A stretch of DNA of 64,000 nt from Cyanobacteriota bacterium (GCA_046052125.1 JBJOMY010000001.1:726431-790430); one strand, 5' to 3'. Counted from the first letter of the stretch, positions 16,232 to 27,800 are shown. Program-made: numbers and translations. The notes: generated from the letters alone by a model not told the origin.

Positions 16232-17803
16232 GTGACCACAAGCCCTGCCCCCACCTGGGATGTGATCGTGATCGGCTCGGGCATTGGCGGCCTGGTCACC
16301 GCCTCGCAGCTGGCGGCCAAGGGGGCGAAAACTCTGGTGCTGGAGCGCTACCTGATCCCGGGTGGCTCGGGAGGCAGCTTCCGGCGCGAGGGCTACACCT
16401 TTGATGTGGGCGCCTCGATGATCTTCGGGTTCGGCACCCAGGGGCACACCAACCTGCTCACCCGCGCCCTGGCGGATGTGGGCCAACACTGCGACACGGT
16501 GCCCGATCCGGCCCAGCTCGAATACCACCTGCCCGGCGGGCTCAACGTGGCGGTGGACCGCGACTACGAGGCCTTCATCGCCAGGCTCTCGGCGCTGTTC
16601 CCCCACGAGGCCAAGGGGATCCGGGCGTTTTATGACACCTGCTGGCAGGTGTTCAACTGCCTCGATGCGATGCCGCTGCTCTCGCTCGAGGATCCGGCCT
16701 ATCTGGCCAAGGTGTTCTTCCGCGCGCCGCTGGCATGCCTGGGGCTGGCGCGCTGGCTGCCATTCAACGTGGGTGATGTAGCGCGCAAGCACATCCGCGA
16801 CGAACAGCTGCTCAAGCTGATCGACATGGAGTGCTTCTGCTGGTCGGTGATGCCTGCCGATCTCACGCCGATGATCAATGCGGGGATGGTGTTCTCCGAT
16901 CGCCATGCCGGCGGCATCAACTACCCCAAGGGAGGCGTCGGCGTGATCGCCGAAAAGCTTGTAGCCGGCCTGGAGAGCCATGGCGGCGAGATCCGCTACA
17001 AGGCCCGCGTCACCCAGGTGCTGATCGAGAACGATCAGGCCGTGGGCGTGCGGCTGGCCGATGGCGAGGAAATCCGCGCCCGCCGAGTGGTGAGCAACGC
17101 CACCCGCTGGGACACGTTTGAAACCGAGCAGGAAAGCGCCGACGTGCAGCGCCCGAGAACCGCCGCCCTCGTGGATGCCGCGCATACCCCCAAAGCCGAA
17201 ACCACCTGGCGCCGCCGCTACAAGCCTTCGCCCTCCTTCCTGTCGCTGCACCTGGGTGTGGAGGCCTCCGTGATTCCGGAGGGCTTTCACTGCCACCACC
17301 TACTGCTTGAAGACTGGAGCGAGATGGAGGGCGAGCAGGGGGTGATCTTCGTATCGATCCCCACGCTGCTCGATCCCTCCCTGGCACCGGAAGGCCGACA
17401 CATCGTGCACACCTTCACCCCCAGCGACATCAAGCACTGGAATCAGCTCAGCCCCTCGGACTACAAGGCCAAGAAAGCCGCCGATGCCGCCCGGCTGGTG
17501 CAGCGACTGGAGGCAATCCTGCCGGGGCTCGGCAGCGCGATTCTCCACCAGGAGATCGGCACACCACGCACCCACCGCCGCTTCCTCGGCCGCATGGGCG
17601 GCAGCTACGGGCCGATCCCAGCCCTGCGGCTTCCGGGCCTGCTGCCGATGCCCTTCAACCGCACCGGACTGCAAAACCTTTACTGCGTGGGCGATTCCTG
17701 CTTCCCAGGGCAGGGCCTGAACGCCGTGGCCTTCAGCGGCTTCGCCTGCGCGCACCGCATCGGCGCTGATCTGGGGCTCAACCCCTGGGCGTTGCCGGCC
17801 TGA
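16232..17803 (+). CDS. crtH: Carotenoid isomerase
   Basis: VIGSGIGGLVTA, YTFDVGASMIFG, GGINYPKGGVG and CVGDSCFPGQGLNAVAFSG. Confidence 0.93.
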   Translation: MTTSPAPTWDVIVIGSGIGGLVTASQLAAKGAKTLVLERYLIPGGSGGSFRREGYTFDVGASMIFGFGTQGHTNLLTRALADVGQHCDTVPDPAQLEYHLPGGLNVAVDRDYEAFIARLSALFPHEAKGIRAFYDTCWQVFNCLDAMPLLSLEDPAYLAKVFFRAPLACLGLARWLPFNVGDVARKHIRDEQLLKLIDMECFCWSVMPADLTPMINAGMVFSDRHAGGINYPKGGVGVIAEKLVAGLESHGGEIRYKARVTQVLIENDQAVGVRLADGEEIRARRVVSNATRWDTFETEQESADVQRPRTAALVDAAHTPKAETTWRRRYKPSPSFLSLHLGVEASVIPEGFHCHHLLLEDWSEMEGEQGVIFVSIPTLLDPSLAPEGRHIVHTFTPSDIKHWNQLSPSDYKAKKAADAARLVQRLEAILPGLGSAILHQEIGTPRTHRRFLGRMGGSYGPIPALRLPGLLPMPFNRTGLQNLYCVGDSCFPGQGLNAVAFSGFACAHRIGADLGLNPWALPA

Positions 17804-17849
17804 TCAACTGCGCTGCCTCCCACACGCTCAACGTTCCGGGTTTGCACGG

Positions 17850-18320
17850 ATGCCGGAGCACCCCCGCCGCCATGACGCTGAAGGTTCGATTGCAGTGGCT
17901 ACGGTCGTTCTGGGATTTGATCGTCAGGGCTGGATCACCGTCATCGCGGCTGTTCTGCTCGCCCTGATCACTCTGTATGGCCTCCGGCCGACTGCGTCTA
18001 CACCAGTGACGACTATGTCTCAGTCCTGGGAAGCACTGCCATCGATTTACCGCAGCAAGCAGGACTTCCTTGCATCGCTGCCGCCCTGGCGGCGGCCATA
18101 GAACAGCAAGTTGGCATCCAACGATCGACAAGAAAGTGCAGCGATACGCGCTGGAGCAGAACATCGAGCAGCTGAGGAGAGAGAACGCGCGGCTCGCAGC
18201 GATCGAGTCCAGGCTCGCGCACTTCGAGCGGGAGCACTTGTCTGGCTCAACCCCACACCCCTCAACCCGCGATTCCTCGAACTTGTAGCCACTGAGCTCG
18301 CTGAAGTCGCCCAGCCATGA
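17850..18320 (+). pseudogene. Degraded membrane-anchored coiled-coil protein
   Basis: ORFs 17850-18101 and 18111-18320 share one frame and are separated by an in-frame TAG at 18099-18101. A TM segment is followed by an E/R/A-rich coil. Confidence 0.45.
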
Positions 18321-18396
18321 GCGCCCCCCGGAGATCCGAACTCACAGCAGCAGCGCGCCTCTCCATAGGGTGGCTCATTCCTGCGCTCAGAGCTCC

Positions 18397-18693
18397 ATGG
18401 CCGCCCCCACCCCCGGCGATGCCAACCTCAGCTCCGTTGAACTGGCCCGCTACCTCGAGCAGCGCGGCGAGCTGAGCAAGCCCTGGATGCTGCAGCTGCT
18501 GCGGCTCACCAAGCTAAAGGAGGAGCGCGCCTCCATGGATCCGCAGGACTACATGGACAAACTCCAGGAAGCCCACGCCGACCTGATGCGTTTGGGTGAG
18601 TTCTGGAAGGGGCGCGAGCAGGAAGTATTCGGCGGGCGTTACCAGCCCTCAGAGTTGCTCGAACCCCTGCCAGGTTCCCCAGAGGATCGATGA
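18397..18693 (+). CDS. Conserved cyanobacterial hypothetical protein
   Basis: LSSVELARYLE...LMRLGEFWKGRE; strong codon bias. Confidence 0.8.
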   Translation: MAAPTPGDANLSSVELARYLEQRGELSKPWMLQLLRLTKLKEERASMDPQDYMDKLQEAHADLMRLGEFWKGREQEVFGGRYQPSELLEPLPGSPEDR

Positions 18694-19211
18694 CGGCCCA
18701 CCGCTACCCAATGGCGCCGCTGATCCGCTTCACCCTGATCAGTCTCTATCTGGCGCTGGTATTGCCCCTGCCCCTGCTCGCTCCCGCGGAGCTACAGCCG
18801 TGGCTGTGGGCAGCCCTGCCTCTGGGGCTGGCCGTGGTCCTCGCCCTGGTAAGCGAGCAGGTGGAGCTCGATGAGAGCGGCATCCGCGTCGGCCATCCAG
18901 CCTGGTGCCACTGGCTGCTGCGGCGCGGCTGGCAGCTCAACTGGGATCAGATCAGCGGCCTCACCCCCGTGGCCACCAGCCAGGGCGGGCGCGTGTTTTA
19001 CGTGCGCACAGCAGACGGCTCGGCCTACCTGCTCCCCCAGCGGGTGCAAGCCTTCGAGGATTTCCTGAGCCGCTTTAGCCAACACAGTGACTTAGACACC
19101 AGCTCCATCGGCCGAATCAGCCCCCCCTGGACCTACCAACTCCTGGCCATCCTCTGCACCCTGGGCCTGGCAGGCGAAGCGCTCACCGGCCTGCTGCAGC
19201 TGCAGCGCTGA
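18690..19211 (+). CDS. Hypothetical membrane protein (PH-domain-like central part)
   Basis: Two N-terminal TM helices, then LNWDQI...TSQGGRVFY...YLLPQRV. Overlaps the upstream stop. Confidence 0.75.
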   Translation: MTAHRYPMAPLIRFTLISLYLALVLPLPLLAPAELQPWLWAALPLGLAVVLALVSEQVELDESGIRVGHPAWCHWLLRRGWQLNWDQISGLTPVATSQGGRVFYVRTADGSAYLLPQRVQAFEDFLSRFSQHSDLDTSSIGRISPPWTYQLLAILCTLGLAGEALTGLLQLQR

Positions 19212-20003
19212 TCAGGGCAACGCCGGCAGAGCGGCTCGGTTGGGATCGGGCGTTCCTGAATCGACCGGAATCGTATCCAAGCTGAAGCGATAGCCCTGCT
19301 GGCGCACGGTTTCGATGCCGCCACCCTCGCCGAGGCCGGCCTGCTCGAGCTTGCGGCGCAGGGTGAGCACCTGGGTGTCCACCGAGCGGGGGCCACCGCT
19401 GAACGGGGGCCAGGCCATGCGCAGCAGTTCGCTGCGGTTGCGCACCACCCCAGGCGGCATCAACAGGGCACACAACAGCGCAAACTCCCGCGGGCTGAGC
19501 TCCACCGGCTGATCGCGCAGCGTCACCTGGCGCAGCAGCAGGTGTACCTCCAGCGGCCCCACACACACCCGCTCCTGCAGGCCACTGCGGCTGCGGCGCA
19601 GCAAGGAGCGGCTGCGGGCGGCCAGCTCCTCGAGGCCAAAGGGCTTGCGCAACACATCGTCGGCGCCGGCATCGAGCAGCGACACCACCGGTTCGGAGCC
19701 GGAGCGGGCCGTGAGCACCATCACCGGGCAGCGCAACTGGGCGGCGAGCTTGAGGGCGGTGGTTTCCTCTAGCAGTTCGGCCGCCACGAGCAGATCGGGC
19801 GTGAGGTCGTCGCAGAGGGCCACCGCTTCGGCGGCGCTGGCCACGGCGGCGGCCAAGTAGCCGTCCTGACGCAGCCTCTGGGCCAGCACGGTGCGAAGCG
19901 TGGGGTGCGGATCCACCACCAGCACACGCTTCAGGGAACTTTCAGCTCCGGAGAGGGAGCTGGTTGTGGAGCTGTCAGCGGAGGAATCCACCTGCGTCTC
20001 CAA
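19212..20003 (-). CDS. OmpR-family response regulator with atypical receiver
   Basis: Receiver (VLVVD...VLTAR...GADDVLRKPF) plus winged HTH (ELSPREFALL...RSVDTQVLTLRRKLE...IETVRQQGYRF). Confidence 0.9.
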   Translation of the reverse strand: METQVDSSADSSTTSSLSGAESSLKRVLVVDPHPTLRTVLAQRLRQDGYLAAAVASAAEAVALCDDLTPDLLVAAELLEETTALKLAAQLRCPVMVLTARSGSEPVVSLLDAGADDVLRKPFGLEELAARSRSLLRRSRSGLQERVCVGPLEVHLLLRQVTLRDQPVELSPREFALLCALLMPPGVVRNRSELLRMAWPPFSGGPRSVDTQVLTLRRKLEQAGLGEGGGIETVRQQGYRFSLDTIPVDSGTPDPNRAALPALP

Positions 20004-20084
20004 GGTTCTGCCTACGCTATCTCTGTTTCTGTGGCCAGAGTGGTATCAGGCGATGCCTTGCCAGCTGTCCCCTCCGGTCCTGTC

Positions 20085-20351
20085 ATGACCGCTCTGCAAC
20101 ACCCCGACGCGATCCGCCACTTCCAGTCGCTGTGTGACGCCTGCCAGTCACTGGCGAGCCGCTACCACAGCCCCGCGGAGCTGCGCCTCTACGCCGACGG
20201 CTACCTGCACGCCCTACGCAAAACCGCGGTGCTCGATGCGCTCACCCAGCGGCGCCTGGAAGAGTTGGTGGATCGCTGGATCATGGACCCCTCCAGCTTC
20301 ATCGGCCCAGGCGATGACATGAGCACCCTCTACGAAACGGGCCGGAACTGA
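20085..20351 (+). CDS. Conserved cyanobacterial small protein (DUF6761-like)
   Basis: LQHPDAIRHFQSLCDA...ELRLYADGYLHALR...RWIMDPSSF. Confidence 0.75.
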   Translation: MTALQHPDAIRHFQSLCDACQSLASRYHSPAELRLYADGYLHALRKTAVLDALTQRRLEELVDRWIMDPSSFIGPGDDMSTLYETGRN

Positions 20352-20370
20352 TCCGGCCCCGCGGGCGACC

Positions 20371-20691
20371 TCAGGCCAGAGCAACAGCCAGCTTTTCGCG
20401 CAGTTCGCCGGAGTTGTACATCTCGATCAGGATGTCGGATCCGCCCATGAACTCCCCGTTCACATAAACCTGGGGAATGGTGGGCCAATCGGAAAACTCC
20501 TTGATCCCCTGACGCACCTCCGGGTCGGAGAGCACATCGAAGGTTTCAAACGGCACCGCCAGGGCGTTGAGGATCTGCACCACGTTGTTGCTGAAGCCGC
20601 ACTGGGGCATCAACTTGCTGCCCTTCATGAACACGAACACCGGGCTGCTGCCGATCAGCTGTTCGATGCGTTGCTTGGTGGAGGCGTCCAT
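20371..20691 (-). CDS. grxD: Monothiol glutaredoxin (CGFS)
   Basis: [12 protein letters not shown] and [19 protein letters not shown]. Confidence 0.96.
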   Translation of the reverse strand: MDASTKQRIEQLIGSSPVFVFMKGSKLMPQCGFSNNVVQILNALAVPFETFDVLSDPEVRQGIKEFSDWPTIPQVYVNGEFMGGSDILIEMYNSGELREKLAVALA

Positions 20692-20694
20692 GGA

Positions 20695-20931
20695 TCAGGC
20701 GGTGGGAGTGGAGGTCTGCAGAGCCAGGGCGTGAATGGCCTCGCTGGCCAGTTCACTGCGCAGGGCGCCGTACACGAGCTGGTGCTGCTTCACGCGGCTC
20801 AGGCCGTCGAAGGCGGTGGAGACCACCGTCACCTGCAGGTGATCGCCGCCGCCGGTGAGGTCTTCCACCTCAACGCGGGCATCCGGCAGGGCCTGGGTGA
20901 TGGCAGCTCTCACCTGGTCGGGATGGACCAT
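20695..20931 (-). CDS. bolA: BolA family protein
   Basis: [31 protein letters not shown]...IHALAL; adjacent to grxD. Confidence 0.93.
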   Translation of the reverse strand: MVHPDQVRAAITQALPDARVEVEDLTGGGDHLQVTVVSTAFDGLSRVKQHQLVYGALRSELASEAIHALALQTSTPTA

Positions 20932-20980
20932 GGGCTGGAGAGACGAGACGCGTGCTGAGCAGGGAATGTAAGCGCCGCGC

Positions 20981-21517
20981 TTACTGGGCTGGCGGCGTGG
21001 CGCCGGCTGCGGTGTAAGGCGTGCCCACAAAGCCCAGCTCCACCAAGCTCTGGTAGGCCTTTTGGCCCTGGGGGCTGGTGGGCGACATGCGCTGCACCAC
21101 CCGCACCAGCAGGGGTACGGCCACCTGGGGCTGGTTCATGCGGCGCAGCAGAGCCGCCAGGCGCAGCTCGATGTTCGCTTGCAGTTCGGTGGCCTCGCGG
21201 CCCTTCTGGTCCATCTCGCGGGGGATGCGGGCATCAAGGCCGCGGAAGGCACCGGAGAGATTGCGGTAGGCGCTCACCAGATAGGTGGCGGCCTCCAGAG
21301 CCTGGTCGTAATCGGTTTTGGCCTGGCTGAGCTTGCCGGCCGCCGCGGCCGCATCACCCTGGGCCACCTTGGCCTGCACCGCCGCCAGGTTCAGACCGGA
21401 GCTGGGCGACTCGAGCACCTTGAGGGGCTCCTGTTGGGCCCGGGCCGGCAGCTGCGCTAGGGAGGGTGTCACAAGCGCCAGGGCGCTGAGGGCAAAAGCA
21501 GCAATCGGCCGGCGCAC
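20981..21517 (-). CDS. Exported helical (TPR-like) conserved protein
   Basis: Signal peptide, [13 protein letters not shown] and [10 protein letters not shown]. Confidence 0.75.
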   Translation of the reverse strand: MRRPIAAFALSALALVTPSLAQLPARAQQEPLKVLESPSSGLNLAAVQAKVAQGDAAAAAGKLSQAKTDYDQALEAATYLVSAYRNLSGAFRGLDARIPREMDQKGREATELQANIELRLAALLRRMNQPQVAVPLLVRVVQRMSPTSPQGQKAYQSLVELGFVGTPYTAAGATPPAQ

Positions 21518-21526
21518 GGCAACAAG

Positions 21527-22372
21527 TCAGACGTTGGAAAACTCTACGGGCGTTGCAAAGCCGCCCTCGGCGGCGCTGCGGCCCACGGCCTCGAGGGCCT
21601 GCGCTTCAGCGGCAGCCATCGCCGCGGCCAACTGCTCACTGAAGTGCTGCGCCGCCTCGCGGCCATGGCCCTGCACGCGTAGCGGCGGCCCGAAGGCCAG
21701 GGCGGCGCGATCGCCGAAGCGGGGAATGGCCCGGCCGTAGGCGATGCCGATCGGCAACACCGGCACCGAGAGTCCGTGGGCCGAGGCGAGCAGCGCCAAG
21801 CGCGAGAGCCCCTGCATCAAGCGGATCGGACCGCGCTCGCGCATGATCCGGCCCTCCGGAAACACCACCAGCTGCTGGCCGGCTTCGAGCAGATCCACGG
21901 CATAGCGCAGGCTGGCGGTCTGGGGCTTGAGCTGATTCACCGGGAAGCAGCCCAGGCGATGCAGGAACCAGCCCTGCACACCCTTCATCTCATCGAGGGT
22001 GACCATGAAGCGGCAATCGCGGCCGCTCACCCGCCGCCCCGCTGCGTAGGGGAGCATCAGCGCATCCCAGCGGGCCCGGTGCGTGGGCGCCATCAGCACC
22101 GGGCCGCTCAGGGGGAGATGCTCGCGGCCAAGCACGTGCAGACGGCGAAAAAAGCCCTTGAGGGCGAGATCCTGGGTGACCACCATCGCCAGAGGCGACA
22201 GCCAGGGGCTGATGCCATTGCAGAGGCTCTGCTCGCGCTTGATCAGTTGGCTGGAAGCCGTCGCCACCCTGTCGTCGCCTGATCGGCCATCCCTCAAGCT
22301 CCAACGTAGGGGCCGCTTGGCGAGCTCACCGCCAGCGGCAGGCACTTCCCCCTGCGGCCGTTCAAACCGCAA
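21527..22372 (-). CDS. plsC: 1-acyl-sn-glycerol-3-phosphate acyltransferase
   Basis: PTHRARWD (HX4D) and VVFPEGRI. The true start is probably downstream of 22372. Confidence 0.85.
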   Translation of the reverse strand: MRFERPQGEVPAAGGELAKRPLRWSLRDGRSGDDRVATASSQLIKREQSLCNGISPWLSPLAMVVTQDLALKGFFRRLHVLGREHLPLSGPVLMAPTHRARWDALMLPYAAGRRVSGRDCRFMVTLDEMKGVQGWFLHRLGCFPVNQLKPQTASLRYAVDLLEAGQQLVVFPEGRIMRERGPIRLMQGLSRLALLASAHGLSVPVLPIGIAYGRAIPRFGDRAALAFGPPLRVQGHGREAAQHFSEQLAAAMAAAEAQALEAVGRSAAEGGFATPVEFSNV

Positions 22373-22428
22373 CCGAATCCGGTGGCCACAGCCGAATCCA
22401 TAGGATCCGGCCAGACGCCTCCGATGCC

Positions 22429-23178
22429 ATGGCCAGCCTTGGCGTGAACATTGATCACATCGCCAACGTGCGCCAGGCCCGCCGCACCGTGGAGCCCGAT
22501 CCGGTGAGCTACGCGCTGCTAGCGGAACTGGGCGGAGCCGATGGCATCACCGTGCACCTGCGCGAAGATCGCCGCCACATCCAGGACCGCGACGTGGAGC
22601 TGCTGCGCCAGACCGTGCGCAGCCGCCTCAACCTGGAGATGGCCGCCACCGCAGAAATGGAGGCGATCGCCCTGCGCATCCGGCCCGACATGGTGACCCT
22701 GGTGCCAGAGAAGCGCGAAGAGGTGACCACCGAAGGCGGCCTCGATGTGGCCGGCCAGCTGGAGCCCCTCACAGGTCTGGTGGGCCGGCTGCAGGAGACC
22801 GGGATCGGCGTGAGCCTGTTTGTGGATGCCGAAGCGAGCCAGCTCGAGGCCTGCCGCGCCACCGGCGCCCGCTGGGTGGAGCTGCACACGGGCACCTACG
22901 CCGAAGCCAACTGGCAACAGCAACATCTGGAGCTGGCCCGCCTCACCGAGGGCAGCTTCATCGCCCGCAGCCTCGGCCTGCGCGTGAATGCCGGCCACGG
23001 CCTCACCTATCAGAACGTGGAACCGGTGGCGGCGATCGAGGGGATGGAGGAGCTCAACATCGGCCACACGATCGTGGCCCGCGCCCTAGCGGTGGGCCTG
23101 GAGGAGGCGGTGCGGCAGATGAAGGCTTTAGTTCAGAATCCCCGCCGGGAACCCCTGTTCGGCAGCACCAGTTCATGA
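22429..23178 (+). CDS. pdxJ: Pyridoxine 5'-phosphate synthase
   Basis: [33 protein letters not shown] and ELNIGH. Confidence 0.97.
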   Translation: MASLGVNIDHIANVRQARRTVEPDPVSYALLAELGGADGITVHLREDRRHIQDRDVELLRQTVRSRLNLEMAATAEMEAIALRIRPDMVTLVPEKREEVTTEGGLDVAGQLEPLTGLVGRLQETGIGVSLFVDAEASQLEACRATGARWVELHTGTYAEANWQQQHLELARLTEGSFIARSLGLRVNAGHGLTYQNVEPVAAIEGMEELNIGHTIVARALAVGLEEAVRQMKALVQNPRREPLFGSTSS

Positions 23179-23495
23179 CCCACTACCACTTCGTGGCCGC
23201 CAGCGAGACCTTCCTCACGGTGGAGGAGCCCCTCGATGAGGTGCTGCGCGAGCGGGTGCGCAACTACGGCGAACAGGGCAAAGAGATCGACTTCTGGCTG
23301 GTGAAGCGGCCGGCGTTCCTGAACGCTCCCGAACTGAAGGCCGTGGCGGATCGGGTGCCCCAACCGGCGGCTGCAGTGGTGTCCACCGACGCCAAGTTCA
23401 TCGAGTTCATGAAGCTGCGCCTTGAGTTTGTTGCGAAGGGCAGCTTTGAGGCCCCCAGCGCCTCGATCCCTGACGCCCTGGCCAGCGCCGCCTGA
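23175..23495 (+). CDS. ycf54: Mg-protoporphyrin IX monomethyl ester cyclase accessory protein Ycf54
   Basis: [32 protein letters not shown] and MKLRLEFV. Confidence 0.92.
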   Translation: MTHYHFVAASETFLTVEEPLDEVLRERVRNYGEQGKEIDFWLVKRPAFLNAPELKAVADRVPQPAAAVVSTDAKFIEFMKLRLEFVAKGSFEAPSASIPDALASAA

Positions 23496-23669
23496 GCAGG
23501 GCAGGGCACGGCGGGAACAGCCAACAACACGCTCCCGCCACCCTCAAGGATTCCGTCCGGTCTTTACGGAATCCCGGAGGCAGATCGGGTCGATTCATAA
23601 ACCCGGGCAACCCAATGAGAAGAAGGGCCCTCCTGCGCGTCGAGGAGAAGCAACCGTGTGGCTTGCAGC

Positions 23670-24029
23670 TCAGAACAGGCCCAGAAACTTCTTGCGCTCG
23701 GGTTCAGCTGACGAGGAAGGCTGGGCGCCGGGGCGGGCCTGATCGCTGTCCTGCTGGTAGCGAGGCTTGGCATCGCCGATGGTGAGCAGCGCCTCCTTGT
23801 TCTTCCACCAGATCCAGTCGCGAATGGGTGGGGTGCGGGTCAATTCAGCCCGGGTGAGGCCCAGGCCGAGCTTGCGGGAGGCATCGAGCAGCACCTCCAC
23901 CATCTGATCGCCATTGCTGCAGTTGGCCAGCGCCTCGTTGGTGCGCTTGGCGCCATCGAGGGCTTTCACCAGGATCGAAACCCGCTGGCCCACCGAGAGC
24001 GTGCGGGGATCCGTGGGCTGGCTCTCCAT
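23670..24029 (-). CDS. Conserved hypothetical protein
   Basis: ATG at 24029, TPPIRDWIWWK and C-terminal KKFLGLF; strong codon bias. Confidence 0.75.
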   Translation of the reverse strand: MESQPTDPRTLSVGQRVSILVKALDGAKRTNEALANCSNGDQMVEVLLDASRKLGLGLTRAELTRTPPIRDWIWWKNKEALLTIGDAKPRYQQDSDQARPGAQPSSSAEPERKKFLGLF

Positions 24030-24121
24030 CAGCGCAAAGGCAGGTGGTGGCAGGTTAGTGGCGTTGCAGGGATGACAGATCCGCCAACCGGAGGCAAGAC
24101 TGGAGCCAACGCGCCGTCTGC

Positions 24122-24799
24122 ATGACGTCCTCCCAGCGCCGAGCACACCATTGGGTGATCGGTGACGTTCATGGTTGCGCCGATGCGCTGGATCAGCTGC
24201 TGCTGCAGCTTCCGCCTGCTGATCGACTGATCTTCTGCGGCGATGCGATCAACCGCGGTCCGGGGATCGAGGCGAGCATGCAGCGGATCTGGCGTCTGGT
24301 GGAGTCGGGCCGGGCCGTGTGGCTGCGGGGCAACCACGAGCAGGATCTGATCCAGGGGCTCCAGGGCCATGACAGCGAGGCCGAGCGCCGCCTGGCCGGC
24401 TGCGACACCTACCGCCAACTGGGCGACACCCAGTGCCGGCAATGGCTCGATCGGCTGCAGCATCTGCCCCTCGCCTACTGGGGTGAGGGCTGGGTGGCGA
24501 CCCACGCCGGCTTCGATCCGAGCACCTGGCAGCCCGATCTGCGGGTGCGGCTCGATTTCTGGCAGAACTACGACGGCCGCTTCGGTGATGTGGTGATCGG
24601 CCACACCCCCGGCCCGCACGTGCGCCGGATGCGCCACATCGTGATGGTGGACACCGGTGCCTGCTACGGCGGCGATCTCAGCGCCTACTGCCCGGAAACC
24701 GAAGCGGTGATCGCGGTGCCTGGGCTGCTCAGCGAACAGGCCAGGCCGTTGCCGGGCGTGAGGCCCGCCGCCCCCCAGCCGGCCGCTGCCCGCAGCTGA
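24122..24799 (+). CDS. Ser/Thr protein phosphatase (PPP-type metallophosphoesterase)
   Basis: IGDVHG, CGDAINRG, RGNHE, THAG, IGHTP and VDTGA. Confidence 0.9.
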   Translation: MTSSQRRAHHWVIGDVHGCADALDQLLLQLPPADRLIFCGDAINRGPGIEASMQRIWRLVESGRAVWLRGNHEQDLIQGLQGHDSEAERRLAGCDTYRQLGDTQCRQWLDRLQHLPLAYWGEGWVATHAGFDPSTWQPDLRVRLDFWQNYDGRFGDVVIGHTPGPHVRRMRHIVMVDTGACYGGDLSAYCPETEAVIAVPGLLSEQARPLPGVRPAAPQPAAARS

Positions 24800-24802
24800 G
24801 CC

Positions 24803-27800
24803 TTGCTCACCCTTTACCGCAGCAACCGGGCTGAACTGCTGGCGCAGGTTCTGGCCACGCAGCTGCGCCTCGATCCCCCTGGCCCGCTCGAGCAGATCCA
24901 GGTGGTGGTGAACACCTGGCCTACCAGCCGCTGGCTGGGGGAGCAGATCGCCACGGGCAACGGCGCCGGCATCGCCGCCAACCTGCGCTTTCCCTTTCCC
25001 ACCAGCCTGCTGCGCCAACTGGTGGATCAGCTGCTCGCCGAGCCCGAGCTCGAGCTGGAAACTCCCGTTTCAGGACCTGACCCCTGGCGCGCCCAAAACC
25101 TGGTGTGGCCCCTGCTCGAGCAGCTCCCGGCCCTGCTCGCGGAGCCAGAAGCCGCCCCGTTGCAGCGCTGGCTGCAGCAGCGCCAGGGCGATCAGCAACT
25201 GCGCCAACTGGATCGGCCCCTCTGGCAGCTCACGCGGGCCATTGCCGATGCCATCGACGACTACGGCCTCTACCGGCCCGCCATGCTCGAGGCCTGGCTG
25301 CGGGGCCAGGCGGTGGATGGCCGGGGCCAACCCCTGGCGGAAGCGCTGCACTGGCAGCCGCTTCTGGTGCGTCGCCTGGCCGAGCAACTGCAGGGCCAGC
25401 CGTTTGGGCTACGGGCGCTGGAGTTGATCCGCCGCCTGCAGCAGGGCTGGCGGCCAGATCCCACCAGCTCCAGCGAGCAGCCGCTGCGGTTGTTCGGCCT
25501 GAGCAGCCTGGCGCCGGTGCAGGTGGAGCTGCTGCAGGCGCTCTCGGCTGTTCAGGCTGTGGAGCTCTACCTGCTCACCCCCTGCCGGGATCTCTGGCAG
25601 CGGCGGGATGGGGCGGGGAGTCGCGATCCCCTGAGCAGCGATTGGCTCCTGGAGGTGCCGGGGCTCGAGGCCCGCTTCGGGCGGTTGGGGGCTGAATTCC
25701 AGCAATTGCTCGAAGGCAGCGGCGAGAACCAACTGGGGGAATGGCGCGAAGGGGATCTGTTCTTTGCACCGGCGCGGGTGGCATCCGAACAGGGCCGCCC
25801 CGCTTCGCTGCTGGAGCAACTCCAGGAGCGGCTGGCCAGCGGTGCGGCCGATGGCGAGGGGGGGGAACCGCTGGAGGCAGCGGCTGGCGACACCTCCCTG
25901 GAATTCCATGCCTGCCCGGGGCGGCTGCGCCAGCTGCAGGTGGTGCGCGATCGGCTGTTGCAGCTGCTGGCCGCCGATCCCGAGCTGGAGCCCCGCGACA
26001 TCCTGGTGATGACCCCCCAGGTGGAAGCGTTCGCGCCACTGGTGGGGGCTGTGTTTGGCGACAGCGGCGCCACCGGCGTGACGCTGCCCTGGCGGCTCAC
26101 CGACCGCAGCCAGCAGAGCGAGGCGGGCATCAGCCAGGGGCTGCTCGAGCTGCTGCAGCTGGGGGGCGAACGGTTCACCGCCTCAGCCCTGGAGCGCCTG
26201 TTGGCCTGCGCGCCGCTGCTGGAGGCCCAGGCGCTCGCCTCAGACGATGCGGCCGCCATCAGCCGCACCTTGCAGGAGGCGGGCTTCCGCTGGGGGCTCG
26301 ATGGACGAGATCGCGGCGGCGACGACAGCCACAGCCTCGAGTGGGCGATCGATCGGCTGGTGCTCGGGCTGGTGTTGCCCGAGTGGCCGGGGCTGGCTCC
26401 CGGCGGCTGCGCGCCGCTGGCCCTCGAGCCGAGCCTGGAGCAACAGGAGCGCTGGATCGCATTGCTGCGGGCCCTGTTGCGCTGGCTGCGCTGGCTCGGC
26501 CAAGCCCGCACCCCGGCGCAGTGGCTGCAGGGCCTGCGCACCTTGCTGACCGAGCTGTTTGGCGATGGCGGCGAGCGGGCCTGGGAGCTGCAAAGCATCC
26601 ACGCCGCCCTGGCGGACTGGAAGGCGGTGGCGGAGTCGAGCGATCTCGAGCTGGCGGCGCCGGTGGTGGCCGAGCTGCTCGGCGAGCGCCTCAGCGAGGG
26701 CAGCGGCCGCTTCGGGCACCGCTCCGGCGCCCTCACGATCAGCGCCCTGGAGCCGATGCGCGCCATCCCCCACAAGGTGGTGGTGCTGATGGGTCTCGAC
26801 GCCGGCGCGTTCCCGCGCCAGAAGCAACGCCCTGGCTTCCACCTACTGGAACAACAGCGCCAACTGGGCGATCCCAACAGCGGCGACCAGGACCGCTACG
26901 TGCTGCTCGAGAGCCTGCTCTCAGCGCGCCAACACCTGTTGATCAGCTGGAGCAACCGCGATGAGCGCACGGGCGAGCGACTGGAGGCCTCCACGCCGGT
27001 GCGGCAATGGCTGGAGTGGCTCAGCCGCGAGCTGCCAGAGCTGCCGGTGCGCGAGCACTACGCCAACCCCCTGGAGCGCGGCAATTTCCTGAGCGATCCC
27101 CCCTGGCCGCCCGCTAGCTGCGATCGCCGGTTGCTGCAGGCGCGTAGGCAGCTGGAGCAGGGCAGCGCCGAGCCGGCGCAGCGGGGCCTGGCCTTCAGTG
27201 CGATCCCGCCCCAGCCACTGCAACCGCCGGCACTCACACCCCAACAGGCCTGGATCAACCTGCGCCAATGGCTGGAGCACCCGCAGCGCCAGTGGCTGGA
27301 GGGGCTGGGCCTGCGCCCGCGGGAGTTCGACAACCCGGTGTTGGATCGCGATGCCCTGGAGCTGCAGGAGCGCGAGCGGGCGGCCCTGCTGCGCGGGCAA
27401 CTGGATCCCCTCCCCAACGCCCTGCCCGACTGGCAATGGCTAGAGCAGGGCACAGGCCTGCTGCCGCCCCAGGCCGCCGGCGAGCTGGAGGTGCAGCAGC
27501 TGCAACAGCGCTGGCTGGCCCTGCGCGATTGCCTCGAGCAACTGGGGGAGGCCACAACCCGCAGCACTCGCTGGCAAAACCTGGAGGGAGACCTGCACTG
27601 GCGAGGCCGCCAGCTGGTGGTGGTGCACACCGCCAAACCGCGCCCTGCGCAGCGCATGGCCCTGTGGCTGGAGCTGCTGTTGGCTTGCGCCGCCGGTGAG
27701 GCCCCCACTGGAGCTGCCCTGGTGGGGCGCGATGGCCAGCGCTTCCGGGTGCTCGAGCGGCTGGAGGCCCTGCCCGCCGCCGCGGCCGCAGACCATTTGG

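Noticed and set aside
23670..24029. Nif11-like leader resemblance suggesting a RiPP precursor for the NHLP-type HlyD
   Set aside because: The similarity is weak, there is no GG cleavage motif or Cys/Ser/Thr core, and no modifying enzymes are nearby.
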